From: Prasinococcaceae sp. CCMP 1430
Taxonomy: Eukaryota > Plantae > Prasinodermophyta
DNA: 64,000 nt
Assembly: GCA_013416795.1 (NCBI GenBank)
Contig: RQSC01000033.1
Span: forward strand, 154,583-218,582
Direction: 5' to 3'
Part shown: positions 10,759-22,226 of the stretch, piece after piece
Numbering within the stretch: the stretch's first letter is position 1
How the letters are laid out: every line of letters starts with the position of its first letter
Translations under genes and position numbers: made by a program
Notes under the pieces: generated by a model
What the model saw: only the letters and a program-made list of their open reading frames with translations
What the model was told of the DNA's origin: nothing
The model's database searches: none

Positions 10759-13239
10759 ATGGGGCGCAAGACGAAGACGGGCGGCAAGACGCGCCTCGAC
10801 AAGTACTACAAGCTCGCCAAGGAGCTCGGCTACCGCGCGCGCTCAGCCTTCAAGCTCATTCAGCTGAACAAGAAGTATGACTTCCTAGGGTCGAGCCGCT
10901 CGCTGGTCGACCTGTGCGCGGCACCCGGTGGCTGGCTGCAGGTGGCCGTCAAGCACATGCCCGTGGGCTCCAAGATCATCGGCGTGGACCTCGCTCCCAT
11001 CCGGCCCATCAAGGGGTGCGTCACGTTCATCAACGACATCACGACGCCCGCATGCCGCGCCGAAATAAAAAAGGAGCTCAACGGCGGCCTGGTGGAGGTG
11101 GTGGTGCACGACGGTGCGCCCAACGTGGGCGGCGCATGGGCCAAGGAGGCCTATCTGCAGGCCGCGCTCACCCTCGAGGCGCTGCGCCTCGCCACGGACG
11201 TCCTGCAGCCGGGTGGCTGGTTCGTCACCAAAATCTTCCGCTCGGAGGACTACTTCTCGCTGATGTTCGCGTTCCGGCAGCTCTTCGAAGGCGTCTATGC
11301 CACCAAGCCGACGTCGTCGCGCAACACCTCGGCGGAGATCTTCGTGGTGTGCAAGGGCTACAAGGCGCCGAAGTCCATCGACCCAAAATTTCTCGACCCC
11401 AAGCACCTCTTCAAACAGCTTGAGGATGAGGACGGCGGCGCCGAGAAGGTGGACGTGCTGCGCCAGCAGCCGGGCAAGGCGCACAAGAACCGCGAGGGCT
11501 ATGGTCCAGGCGGCGCTGCTGAGCGCTACAAGGCGTGCGGCGCGATGGCATTTCTACGCGCGGACAACCCAGTGGAGATGCTCGGCCTGTACGGCTCCAT
11601 TGATCTCAGCGGGGACGACTGCGCCGACGTGCGCCTGCACGCGGCGACGACAGCTGAGGTGAAGGCACTGTGCGAAGACCTCAAGGTGCTTGCGCCACGC
11701 GACTTCAAGGCACTGCTCCGTTGGCGCATCAAGGCGCGCGACGTGCTCAAGGACGAGCTCGCCGCGCAGGCGGCTGCCAAGAAGGAGCAGGCCGCCGCCG
11801 ACGGCAAGGATGTCGACAGCGAGCCTGAGGATGAGAATGAAGCGCTGCTCAAGGAGATGGGGCGCCTGTATGAGAGCGACCGTCATCGCGCAGCACAAGA
11901 AAAGAAGCGCCGCAGGCGACTGCTGGAGCGTGAGCGGACGCGCCGCGCGGCCAAGCTTGCCGGCGAGGGACCAATTGATGGCGGCGACGAGGAGCTCTTC
12001 AGCATGGCCGCAGCCAAGGCGCGCGGCGCGGGCGGCGCGGGCGGCGCAACGCTCGACGCCGTGGGCGAGGACGACGGTCACTCCGACACGGACTCTGACG
12101 CCGCTCCGATGGAGGAGGAGGAGCCTGACTACGGCTCCGACGAGGAGGCAGCGTATCAGGGCCAGGTGGAGGAGTACCTGGACGCGCTGTACGACCGCTA
12201 CAAGGAGGCGCGCGGCGCCGCGACGGGGCAGGGCGCGCGCCGCCGCGCGCGTAACCTCGCGGCGGAGGGGGGCGACGAAGAAGGTCTCGATGGGGACGCG
12301 CACATGCCAGAGCCAATGCCTGGCTATGGCGTCGAGGTATTCGATGACAGCGACGCCGAGGAGGAGGACGCCGGTGCAGCCGACAGGCAGAAGCGCCAGC
12401 TGCAGCAGTGGTACAGCCAGGACGTCTTCGCGGGCATGAACGGCGGCGGCGAGGCTGGTGACCATGAAGGTGCGATTGAGGAGGGGAGCGACGAGGAGGA
12501 GGAAGAGGAGGGCGGTGCGGCCGAGCGCAGGGTGCGCTTCGCGGCGGCACCGTCAACGAGCGCGCGCGCGCGCGGCGGCGTCCCCGCGGCACCGGAGTAC
12601 GACCCGGAGGTGGGCGCGTTCACGGACACCATCGAACGCTTTGACAGCAGCGACAGTGACAGCGATGCCGAAGAGGAGCTAGGAGACGAGTTCGACCAGC
12701 TCCCAGACGAAGAGAAGGCCGCCATTCGCGCGCACGCGCGACGGATGAAGCTCGAGGGTCGCAAGGCGCGCGACGCGATGATCGAGAGCGGGTACAACCG
12801 TTATACCTTCCATGACGACGCAGCGCCCGAGTGGCTGCTCGAGGACGAGCGCAAGCATTTTGTGCCCATGTCGCAAGTGACCGCCGAGGAGGTGGCCGCC
12901 GAAAAGGAGTACTTTAAGAAGGTCAACGCGCGGCCCATCAAGAAGATCGCGGAGGCGAAGAATCGCCAGAAGAGACGCGCGCACAAAGCGCTCGAGAAGG
13001 CCAAGGCGAACGCCAACGCCATCGCTGAGGGCGAGGGCTCGCAGGCCTCAAAGGCCAAACGCATTGCCAGCCTCATGGCGAAGGCGAAGGCTAATGCGAA
13101 GGGCGGCAAGGGACAGGCAGGCAAAGGCAAGAAGGGCAGCGGCAAGAAGTTCGACAGCCGGATGAAGGCCGACATGCGCGGCCAGAAAGCGGCCGAGCGC
13201 CGGAACGCGAAGAGGGGTGGCGCGAAGAAGCGCCGCTGA
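10759..13239 (+). CDS. SPB1: AdoMet-dependent pre-rRNA 2'-O-methyltransferase Spb1/FTSJ3
   Basis: RLDKYYKLAKELGYRARSAFKL, DLCAAPGGW, HDGAPNVG, SRNTSAEIF, C-terminal GYNRYTF and NARPIKKIAEAK. ATG at 10759. Confidence 0.96.
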   Translation: MGRKTKTGGKTRLDKYYKLAKELGYRARSAFKLIQLNKKYDFLGSSRSLVDLCAAPGGWLQVAVKHMPVGSKIIGVDLAPIRPIKGCVTFINDITTPACRAEIKKELNGGLVEVVVHDGAPNVGGAWAKEAYLQAALTLEALRLATDVLQPGGWFVTKIFRSEDYFSLMFAFRQLFEGVYATKPTSSRNTSAEIFVVCKGYKAPKSIDPKFLDPKHLFKQLEDEDGGAEKVDVLRQQPGKAHKNREGYGPGGAAERYKACGAMAFLRADNPVEMLGLYGSIDLSGDDCADVRLHAATTAEVKALCEDLKVLAPRDFKALLRWRIKARDVLKDELAAQAAAKKEQAAADGKDVDSEPEDENEALLKEMGRLYESDRHRAAQEKKRRRRLLERERTRRAAKLAGEGPIDGGDEELFSMAAAKARGAGGAGGATLDAVGEDDGHSDTDSDAAPMEEEEPDYGSDEEAAYQGQVEEYLDALYDRYKEARGAATGQGARRRARNLAAEGGDEEGLDGDAHMPEPMPGYGVEVFDDSDAEEEDAGAADRQKRQLQQWYSQDVFAGMNGGGEAGDHEGAIEEGSDEEEEEEGGAAERRVRFAAAPSTSARARGGVPAAPEYDPEVGAFTDTIERFDSSDSDSDAEEELGDEFDQLPDEEKAAIRAHARRMKLEGRKARDAMIESGYNRYTFHDDAAPEWLLEDERKHFVPMSQVTAEEVAAEKEYFKKVNARPIKKIAEAKNRQKRRAHKALEKAKANANAIAEGEGSQASKAKRIASLMAKAKANAKGGKGQAGKGKKGSGKKFDSRMKADMRGQKAAERRNAKRGGAKKRR

Positions 13240-13339
13240 GGCGCCCCTGGCGATGGTACGAGCTCGTAATTAATCATTCATGACACAGGAGCAAGAGGAT
13301 GCGCGCCGCGCGCGCGCGCACTGCCGCTTGCTCTCGCTG

Positions 13340-14122
13340 TCAAGCATCCTCCATTGCCACGTCTGCTGAATGCATGCTCGTCTCCGGAAGAAGCGAGCGC
13401 GTTCCCCGGCCGCGGGCGCGGGCGCGGCCGCCTCTGCCAAGGACGCCTTTTCCGGCCGGCTCCCCGCCCCCGCGCCCTCCTCGGCCGGCCCCGACGTGAA
13501 GGGTGGGCTTTCCCTTGCTGCTCCCCTTGCCGCCGCCAGCGCACTTCCTCGGAGCCGTCCCGCTTTCGAACCGGTGCACGGCGTCAGCCGGCCAGCCGTG
13601 CGTATCGCGCACGTGCTGCCCGCGCGCTGCAGCGGAAGCAAAGACTGCGTCGCAGCCATCGACGAGGCACTTGTACACCATGCCTCCCCGCGCGGCCATT
13701 GCAGCAAAGTATGCGTCATGCGCCTCGGCTATGTGCAGCTCGAGGAGGCGCGGCGTCGGCAGCGTGCGCGAGCACACCCTGCAGCGAAAGTAGTGACGCG
13801 CGCGGTAGTGCGCCTGCAGCGCTGCACTGTCTTCGAAGCGCGCTCCGCAGCCAGGCTCTGGGCACTCGTGCACCCCACCGCCCGCCTCCGAGCCACCGGC
13901 CTCCTTCTGTTGCTCCTGCGGCTGCTGCTGCTGTGTCACCGGCGCCTCCGCCTGCCTCGCCAGCGCCTCGCGATGCGCGTCGGCCTCAGCGAAGAACGCG
14001 TCGTCCGCGTTCCGCGGTCGTGGCGCCGCAGGTGGCAGCGCGGCCAGCGCGGCCTCTGCCGCCGCGAGGAAGCTGCTCTGCGCCTCGCCCCCGCCGCCGC
14101 CGTCTGACGCATCCACCTCCAT
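13340..14122 (-). CDS. ZNF511: ZNF511-like C2H2 zinc-finger protein
   Basis: CPEPGC...HYRARH, CRVC...LLELHIAEAHDAYF, YKCLVDGC...HVRDTH pattern. Start taken at MEVDAS. Confidence 0.8.
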   Translation of the reverse strand: MEVDASDGGGGGEAQSSFLAAAEAALAALPPAAPRPRNADDAFFAEADAHREALARQAEAPVTQQQQPQEQQKEAGGSEAGGGVHECPEPGCGARFEDSAALQAHYRARHYFRCRVCSRTLPTPRLLELHIAEAHDAYFAAMAARGGMVYKCLVDGCDAVFASAAARGQHVRDTHGWPADAVHRFESGTAPRKCAGGGKGSSKGKPTLHVGAGRGGRGGGEPAGKGVLGRGGRARARGRGTRSLLPETSMHSADVAMEDA

Positions 14123-14256
14123 GTCCGTGCCACCGCACTGCGCTGGCCCGCGCCGCGCGCGGTCTGGCAGCCCCGCTGGAGGTAAAAATGGGCTGACGAG
14201 CTTAATGACGGCTTGCACTTGCATAGATGCTCAGTAGTTACAGTGTGTTAATGCTG

Positions 14257-14576
14257 TCACACGCGCTCAAGCCTCACCCTGAGCACCTTGTCCCTCTTGA
14301 GCCACTTAGCGCGCGCGCGCGCACCGTCTACGCGTGAGGGCAGAGGAACGCTCAGTGCACCCCCGCCGCCATTGCCCCACACTAGTCGCAGATCGCGTTC
14401 ACCTACATCGAGGTCCACAGATGCTGCCGAGTCGAGCATGGGCAGCGACACGCACACCTGAATACCCGAGGTGGTCTCGCTCACGCTATACTCTGGTGCG
14501 AGGACCTCTTGGATCAGGGGCTTGCCGGGGCTTTCCTCTGCCGGGTGCTTGGTGGGCATCTGCGCACCGCTGCTCT

Positions 14577-14634
<58 letters not shown>

Positions 14635-15640
14635 TGCTGCGACCTTCCGCTCCGACACCTCACGGAGGAGCGGCTCGGCGCTCTGGCACTGCTGCGAGCC
14701 ACTGCCTGCCGCGGGTATGTCCAGGTTGGACAGCTGCTCAAGCAGCGAGCGCTCGCCCGCGCTAGTTGTCGGCTGCGCCTGAGACTGCTTTGGCTGCTGC
14801 TGCTGTAGCCTTTGTTTCGCCCTGTCGCCCTGCTGTTGCGCGTGCGCGGTTGTATTCGGAAGCTCGTCGTTAGGCAGCACACCCTGTGCCCATCGCAGCC
14901 TGACCTCACGTCCCACGCCGAGACGCACTCCCTCTCCCGCCGCGCGCTCCGCGAAGCGCAGCGCGCGGTCCACGAGCAGCGGCCGGAAAAACGCGCCGGG
15001 CGCGTCGGCCTCGTGCGCGGCACGCCGCACGGCAGCCGGGTGAACGCGCAGCTCGAACGTGAGCTCACGCGCGCCGGCCGACGGTGGCAACGGCTCGCCG
15101 CCCTTCCACTCGAGCGGAAGCTCGACCGCACGTGGATCACGCTCGCGGCTGAGGTCACCGTCTGGCCGGCGCGAGCGCGGCTCGCCCACTGACGACGCGC
15201 GCCATAGCCCCACTGATGCGCGTCGCCCGTCACTCGTCGCGCACAAGATCACAAGCGCCGGGGGCTTCCTCCCACCCGCCGCGCCCGCCGAGCTGTCCGT
15301 GCGCGCTGACGCAGGTGCTCGTGCGCGCTCGCCTACCTCGAACCCAGAAGCAGCTGCCGCAGCTCGAGCCGCGCCATGCGGCGTGACAATCTCGGGGGCG
15401 CCCCCTGGAGCTCCAGGTCTGCCGCCCTGCGCTCCTCCGCTGGCGCCGCCTGGAGCGCCCGACATGCCGCCCGGCAGGACCATGCCGCTGGCCTTGGCGT
15501 TTGCCATCTGCTCGTTGAGGAACCGCTTGTACCCCTCAGGATCGCTCTCGGCGAGCTCGTCGAGGAACGACCACATGCTACTCGCGTGTTTGCGCGCCGC
15601 GTCGACGCCACCCGGCATCGAGCTCAGGAGCTCCTCCAGC

Positions 15641-15676
<36 letters not shown>

Positions 15677-15756
15677 GTGCCGCCGCTCCCGCTACCATCG
15701 CCGCTTCCCGCCGCCGCGGCCGCCGCCTGCTGCAGCTGTTCCATGAGGCCTTCCAT
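14257..15756 (-). CDS. PIH1D2: PIH1-domain / CS-domain co-chaperone (PIH1D2-like dynein-assembly family)
   Basis: MWSFLDELAESDPEGYKRFL N-terminal motif and C-terminal CS domain (VCVSLP...SVDLDV...ARAKWLKRDKVLRV). Start and possible internal introns are uncertain. Confidence 0.7.
14578..14631 (+). repeat. (GAC)~18 trinucleotide microsatellite
   Basis: Directly visible; reads as poly-Val in the PIH1 frame. Confidence 0.95.
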
Positions 15757-16017
15757 CGCGCGGCGGTCGCGGCCCCTGCCACGCACCGCCGCGACCGCCG
15801 CCGCCGCTGCCTCGCGCACGCTGTGGCGGCGTGGACCGGCACGTGCGGGGAACAGCGTGGACATGGCATGGCGCCCAATGGGGCAAACTGCTCCATTTAA
15901 CCCTACAGTACAATATACCTCAAATGTAACCCTAACTCAGTCGCGGCTCGGCACACGGACGCGCCGGCACGAGTTCACTCTGTCTATCCCCTCTAATACT
16001 ACGTCGTCATCCTACAG

Positions 16018-16794
16018 CTAGTGCTGCTCGTCGTCGTGCGACACGTATCCGCACACCTGGCAGCCCACTTTGCGCATGCGCGGCCCGTCGAGCTCCACCA
16101 TGAGCACCGACTGCCACTGCCCAATAGCGAGCTCGCCGCCGACCACTGGCACGCTGAGTGTGGTGCCTAGCAGCGACGCCAGCAAGTGCGCGTGCGCGTT
16201 GAGGGGCTCCTGCGCCATGAACTCTTCAAGCGTTCCTTTGCCCTGGCTCATCCAGTTGCGCTCAATGGCCGCAAGGTCGCGCTCGGTCTCCGGCCGCTGC
16301 TCGAGGTCGTTGTGGAGGTACGGCGCATCGGGAGGGGCGAGCGCGAGCAGCCACTTCGCGTAATCGCGGCGCAAGCGAGCCTCGTCCTCGTTGATAGTCA
16401 GCGCCACCGTCGTGTGCTGACTTACGAGGTGCGCCGTGCCGTTCACCACGCCCGACGCGGCAACCTGCGAGCGGCCGCAGCGACAGTCGTCACGCCGGGT
16501 GGCAGCGGCCGTCGTTAGAACACGCGCGGCCGCGCGCTCGGCGCCATGGCATCGCCCGCGCGGCCACGCACGCAACTCACCGTCTCGCGCAAGGGCGCCG
16601 TCAGATCATGAATGCTGACTTCCTGACGCGGCAGCGCCGACATGTCCCCGGCGACGCCCGTGTCGACAGCAAGCTCCGCGTAGTGGTAGACGTGCGACGC
16701 GCGTGCCGCGCACCGTCGCGGCCGCGCGCCCGCGCAGCCGTCGCGCAGCCGCCGCGGCCGGACGCGCCTCGCGCCACCGCCGCGGCCGCGGCCA
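16018..16794 (-). CDS. YjbQ/UPF0047 family protein; intron 16465-16580; start uncertain
   Basis: SIHDLT, HTTVALTINE, YLHND, NAHAHL, LAIGQWQSVLMVELDGPR. GTGAGT donor and CAG acceptor join in frame. Confidence 0.85.
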
Positions 16795-17257
16795 TCTTGC
16801 CGCCCTGCGGACGCAAGGTCAAGAGAGCGCTTCCCCCGAGGGTGGGGAGAGGGGGGCTGCCTGCCACCTGCCGGCGTGTGCGCGCTGTGCCCCGCGCATC
16901 GTGCGTGATCAATAACGCCAGCGACGGCCGCCATGCCTGCGCAAAAGCAAAAAATCCGCGGAGCGCGGCATGCGGGTGGCCGATTAAAGTGCACATATTT
17001 CACAGAGCGGAAGTGGCAATTCGCGGAGTTTTTTGGGGGAGGCGTGTGCTCCATGGCAGACCGCTGCCTCGCGTGCGTGTGCCGGCGGCGCGCCACACGG
17101 CGAGCGCCGCAGCCTCCCCTGATACGGCGATGGCGACGTCAACCGCGACACGCTGCGCCGCGCCGCGCGCGGCGGTGCGCGTGGCCGGCCGAGCGCGCGC
17201 GCTCGTGCCGCCGCGCCACGCCGCGCGGCCGCGCGCGCGCTCGGGCTGGACGCGGCG

Positions 17258-18759
17258 ATGAGCTCGAAGCTCCAGCAGGCTGAGCGCACGCTTGCCGAGC
17301 TCACCCAGCAGATGTCCGACCCGGACGTCATCAACAACTCGGATGAGTATCAGAAGGTCGCTAAGAACGCGAGCGACATGGAGAAGGTGCGGCACGAGGG
17401 GCGCACCTCCGGCGAGCGCCTTTGCCACAGCGCCGCGCGCCCCCGCGCTTGCTGCACAGGGTTGGCGAGGGCGGGCCGCGCCGCCGCGCTGCCACGCGTG
17501 CGCTGCTTCTGACGCGCCGCTGCACGCGCACGCGCACGATGCAGGTTGTCACGCCGTACCACGAGTACCTCGCGGCGGAGGAGGAGCTCCAGGGTGCCAA
17601 GGGTACGGCGTGCGCGCGGGCGCCTGTGGCTTGAGGTGCACCGCTCGCTGCGAGGGTTTCAGGAAAGGCCGCGAACTTTCTAGGTTCGGGTTTTCCTGAT
17701 TTCTTTCCATCGTGATGTGTGTCTCGGCACAAGGGTGGTTTTTGTGTCTAGCTAGGGTTCGTGACACCGCGGATAAGGCGGCACCGCCGCGGCCGCAGCA
17801 GCGCATGTGGTCCCGACCTGACGCGCCTCTCCCCCTGCCCTCCCCCATCTCCCCCTCGCCTCGCAGAGATGGCGAAGGAGGACCCTGAGTTTGCCGAGAT
17901 GGCCGCCGAGGAGATCGAGGCACTCACCGCGCGCATGGTCGAGCTCGAGGAGCAGCTGAAGGTCGCGCTGCTGCCCAAGGACCCGCTGGACGAGCGCAAC
18001 ATCATGCTCGAGGTGCGGGCGGGTACCGGTGGCGACGAGGCGGGCATCTGGGCGGGCGACTTGGCACGCATGTACATGCGCTACTGCGAAGAGCAGGGAT
18101 GGACGCCCACGATGGTGAGCGCGGCGGTCGCTGATGCAGGAGGCTACAAAGAGGTAACGCTCGAGGTGACGGGCGAGAGCGTGTACTCGAAGCTCAAGTG
18201 GGAGGCGGGCGTCCACCGCGTGCAGCGCGTGCCCGCGACGGAGAGCGCCGGGCGAGTACACACATCGACGGCCACTGTGGCGGTCATGCCCGAGGTGGAC
18301 GATGTGGACGTCAAGATCGACCCCTCGGACATCGAGATCACGACGGCGCGCTCCGGTGGCGCAGGGGGGCAGAACGTCAACAAGGTGGAGACGGCCGTGG
18401 ACCTCGTGCACAAGCCCTCGGGCATCCGCGTGTTCTGTACCAAGGAGCGCTCCCAGATGAAGAATCGCGAGATGGCGATGAGCATCCTGCGCGCCAAGCT
18501 CTTTGAGATCGAGCTCGAGAAGCAGCAGAGCGAGATCAAGGAACGCCGCCTCGCGCAGGTGGGCTCAGGCGCCCGCTCGGAGAAGATCCGCACGTACAAC
18601 TGGAAGGACAGCCGCGTGTCCGACCACCGCACCAAGCAGAACTTCTCGCTGCCCGATATCATGGCGGGCAAGATTGAGGATCCCATTCAGGCGTGCATTG
18701 CGATGGACCAAGCGGAGGCAATGAGGCAGCTCGCTGAGGAGGCCGCCAACGTTGCATGA
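17258..18759 (+). CDS. prfA: Organellar (probably plastid) peptide chain release factor 1; exons 17258-17386, 17545-17602, 17867-18759
   Basis: [24 protein letters not shown] (PxT of RF1), [20 protein letters not shown]. Both GT-AG introns restore the frame. Confidence 0.93.
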
Positions 18760-18965
18760 GGAGCACCGGACCGCGCCGCATCCCTGTACATATCTAAACA
18801 CGAATTTTGCAATGGCAACAAACGTATCTACGGCCAGCGTAGCTCGTGGGTCATCGCCGCCCGCGTGCGCGCGCGCCAGGGGGAGTGAGATAGACACGCC
18901 TGAGACATACCGCGAATGTGTACAGGAGGGTGTGCGGCAGGTGCTCGCGCGGCCCGGGCGGGCAC

Positions 18966-19861
18966 TTACGACAGGCCGAGGTAAGTGAAGTAGGCGATCG
19001 CACCCGCGGCCACCAGGCCGGAGATCGCCGAGACCAGCGGCGTGTTGAACCCGCCCTTGGGGAGGCCCGTCTCCTTGTCAAACTCGGCGAAGCGAGACTG
19101 GCAGGCGTGGTGCGAGCGTCGCGGCAGGTTTGGGAGAGTCAGCTGCGCACCGCGCGGATGTAGGCAGGCAAAGACGGAGGGCTTGCAGCGCACCGGCGTT
19201 GCGCGCGGGCGTGGCCGCGCAGCGGGGCGTGCCGCGAGCGCGCCGCGCACCTTGGGGGCGGCGCACTGCGGGCACTGGTAGCCGCCGTCGAGCTCAGCGA
19301 AGGGCTGCTTCTTGAAGTAGATGAAGCCACAGTCGAGGCAGATGTGCGTGGCAGTCTCCAGCTGGCGCTTGGAGAGCGACTTGCCGAAGCGCGGCGGCGC
19401 GGGCAGCTTGTTCCTGGGTGGCAGGATGGGCGCCCCTTTGTTGACAATGAAATCCATGTAATCACGGCCGTTGTTGGAGATGGTGGTCTTGGTGAAGCCC
19501 ACGTTCTCGCACGGCCACATCTCGTCGCCGAAGAAGGACGAGGTGTACAGGATCTGCACGGTTGCGAGCGAGGCCCAGAGGCGCGCAGCAGCAGGGGCGG
19601 CGGTGCGTCACCCGCTCGCGTCAGCGCGTGCACTCGCACTCGGCAGCGCACCCCCGCGCGCACGCGGCGGCGTTCCCCGCGCGCTCGCACCTGGTCGCCC
19701 ATCTTGATGCCGGCCTTGGCGCCGTTGCCGACGGGGTTGACGAAGGTCACGAACACGCCCTCCTCGCCCGGCTTGCCGCCCACCGAGAAGCCCAGCGGCT
19801 TGTCGACGGCGATCTCCTTCTGCTGGGCGCGCGCGGCCGCGCGGCGCGGGGCCGCCCGCGG
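18966..19861 (-). CDS. ENH1: PDZ-like + rubredoxin-like thylakoid protein (ENH1-like); introns 19554-19690 and 19098-19250; 5' end in N gap
   Basis: VDKPLG, LYTSSFFGDEMWP, ATHICLDCGFIY...CPQCAAPK, C-terminal TM helix. Confidence 0.85.
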
Positions 19862-19968
19862 NNNNNNNNNNNNNNNNNNNNNNNNNNNNNNNNNNNNNNN
19901 NNNNNNNNNNNNNNNNNNNNNNNNNNNNNNNNNNNNNNNNNNNNNNNNNNNNNNNNNNNNNNNNNNNN
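19862..19968. other. Assembly gap (N-run)
   Basis: 107 N. Confidence 1.
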
Positions 19969-20678
19969 GCCGCGCGCCAGCTCGGCGCGCCCCGCCGCGC
20001 GCGCGCGGCGGCTCTCGCCGCTCCAGAGCCACTCAAATATTATCCGACGCCGCGGTATCGCCGCGCGGGTTCGGGGGGCGGTGCCGGCACACCACCATGG
20101 TACTGAAGCTATGCGTCGATTCGGGGCCGCATCATTTGGTCGGGCACGCCCCGCACCCGCGTCCCCAACCCCAAGTCAGAGTCGCAAAAAGGGGTCCCAC
20201 CCCGGGCCGGCCAGGCCTTTGGGGTGTCCTCTACGCGCCTCGGATGTTGGTGGGGCGGCGGGGTGCGTGGGGATTCTGCTGTGCAGAGGCTAGGCTCCGC
20301 CCGGAGCGAACCCTGATTGATTGCGAGGGCGATCCGACCGCTATTCGGGCGAAGAGGTTCGGGTTCGGGATCAGCTCCGAACGACGGGAGCTCGGAGCAG
20401 GGAAAAAAGATGGCATCGTGGCAAAATGCATGCGAGACGGTGAAAGTTTTGTGAGTATCCCGTTGATGAATCATACGTTCGATTGAAGGTCGCGTATCGT
20501 GATGGCCGTGGGCTGGCTGGCGCCGCGCGCCTGGGTGCGCCACAGCGCGCGCGCGCCCGGGGCACGCGCTCCGTGGCGCTGCGAGGGTGTGCTGCGGCCG
20601 CTGCGGCGTGCTGCTGCGGGTTCGCGTGCCGGACGCTGACCCGCGGCGCCGCCCGCGCTGCCTGCCGCCATCCGGGAG

Positions 20679-21735
20679 AAGGCGTCGCTCGAGTTCTACA
20701 CGAAGCGCATGGGGATGGTGCGTGGGCGCCGCCGCGCGCCGCGGGCGGACGCCGACGCCGACGCCGACTCCAACGCCGCACGCACCTGACACAACGCCCC
20801 GCGCGCCCGTCGGCTGCTGCCTGCAGACGCACGTGGACACCTACCACTTCGACGAGCTCGGCTTCTCGCTCTACTTCCTTCAGAGCTTCGACGACGCGGT
20901 GGCGCCGCGGCCGGCCGATGTCGGCGAGCCGGGCTCGTCGGCGGCGCACGCGCACCTGTGGAGCACGCCGGGTGCGGTGCTCGAGCTGACGCACAACCAC
21001 GGCAGCGAGGAAGAGTACCACCCCGGCAACGCCGACGGCGACGGCTTCGGCCACGTCGCGTTCAACTGTGACGACGTGTACGCGAGCTGCGCCAAGCTCG
21101 AGGAGGGCGGCGTCAGCTTCAGGAAGAAGCCCGACGAGGGGCGCATGAAGGGCCTCGCCTTCGCGCTCGACCCCGACGGCTATTGGGTGGAGATCGTCAA
21201 GCGCTCGGACGGCTCCGAGATCGCCGACGAGTTCAACCTCTCGCAGACCATGCTGCGCGTGCGCGACCCGCAGGCATCGCTCGCCTTCTACCGCGACGGC
21301 CTGGGCATGAGCCTGGTGCGCGAAAGCCACTACCCAGAGGCGTCGTTCAGCCTCTACTTCCTCGCGTCGCTGCCCGAGGGCACCGAGGTCGACTACGACC
21401 CGACCGATCGCGAGGCCTCGAAGGCGTTCGTCGGCGCGCTGCACGCGCCCGTGCTCGAGCTGACCCACAACCACGGCACCGAAAAGGAGGAGGGCTTCGC
21501 CTACAAGAACGGGAACGAGGACGGCGCGCGCGGCTTCGGCCACATCGGCGTCCTGGTCGAGGACGTGGACGAGGCGTGCGCGGCGATCGAAGCGGCCGGC
21601 GGCGAGCTGGCCAAGCGCCCCGACGGAGGCACGATGAAGGGGCTCGCGTTCTGCAGAGACCCGGACGGCTACATGTGTGAGATCGTCAAGAGGGGGGGGT
21701 ACGGCGACGACAGCGCGCCGTACTTCCTATCGTAA
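20679..21735 (+). CDS. GLO1: Two-domain glyoxalase I (lactoylglutathione lyase); intron 20718-20826; first exon(s) unresolved
   Basis: KASLEFY, FSLYFL, LELTHNHG and GFGH (each twice), QTMLRVRDP, DPDGY.xEIV (twice). Confidence 0.92.
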
Positions 21736-22226
21736 ATGATGGATCAGGGGATGATATGTTACTCAAACAACCGCCATGGTTTAGGCGCGTCCCCCTCTAC
21801 ACTCACGTCTCCCACTTCAAATCATGCGCGCAAGTCGGTGAAAACCCAGCTCAGTACCTGGATGGCGCCCTGGTGGGGGTGACGGGCTCGAAGGGCGCCT
21901 TGGTGGGGCTGACGGGCTCGAAGGGCGCCTTGGTGGGGACCGGCACGGGGCGCACGGGCGCCTCGGTGACAGCGCGCCGTACTTCCTGTCGTAAAAGCTG
22001 GATCAGGGGATGCAATGTTACACAAAGAACCGCCATGGTTTAGGCGCGTCCCCCTCTACACTCACGTCTCCCACTTCAAATCATGCGCGCAAGTCGGTGA
22101 AAACCCAGCTCAGTACCTGGATGGCGCCCTGGTGGGGGTGACGGGCTCGAAGGGCGCCTTGGTGGGGCTGACGGGCTCGAAGGGCGCCTTGGTGGGGACC
22201 GGCACGGGGCGCACGGGCGCCTCGGT
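21709..22226 (+). repeat. 259-bp direct tandem duplication (21709-21967 / 21968-22226)
   Basis: Both copies start GACAGCGCGCCGTACTTCC. They differ by a few substitutions in the first ~70 nt and otherwise appear identical. Confidence 0.93.

Noticed and set aside
17700-17825. Possible C/D snoRNA in prfA intron 2 (GTGATGT...CTGA)
   Set aside because: Box C is imperfect, the CTGA is better explained as the CTGAC branch site, and there is no terminal stem.
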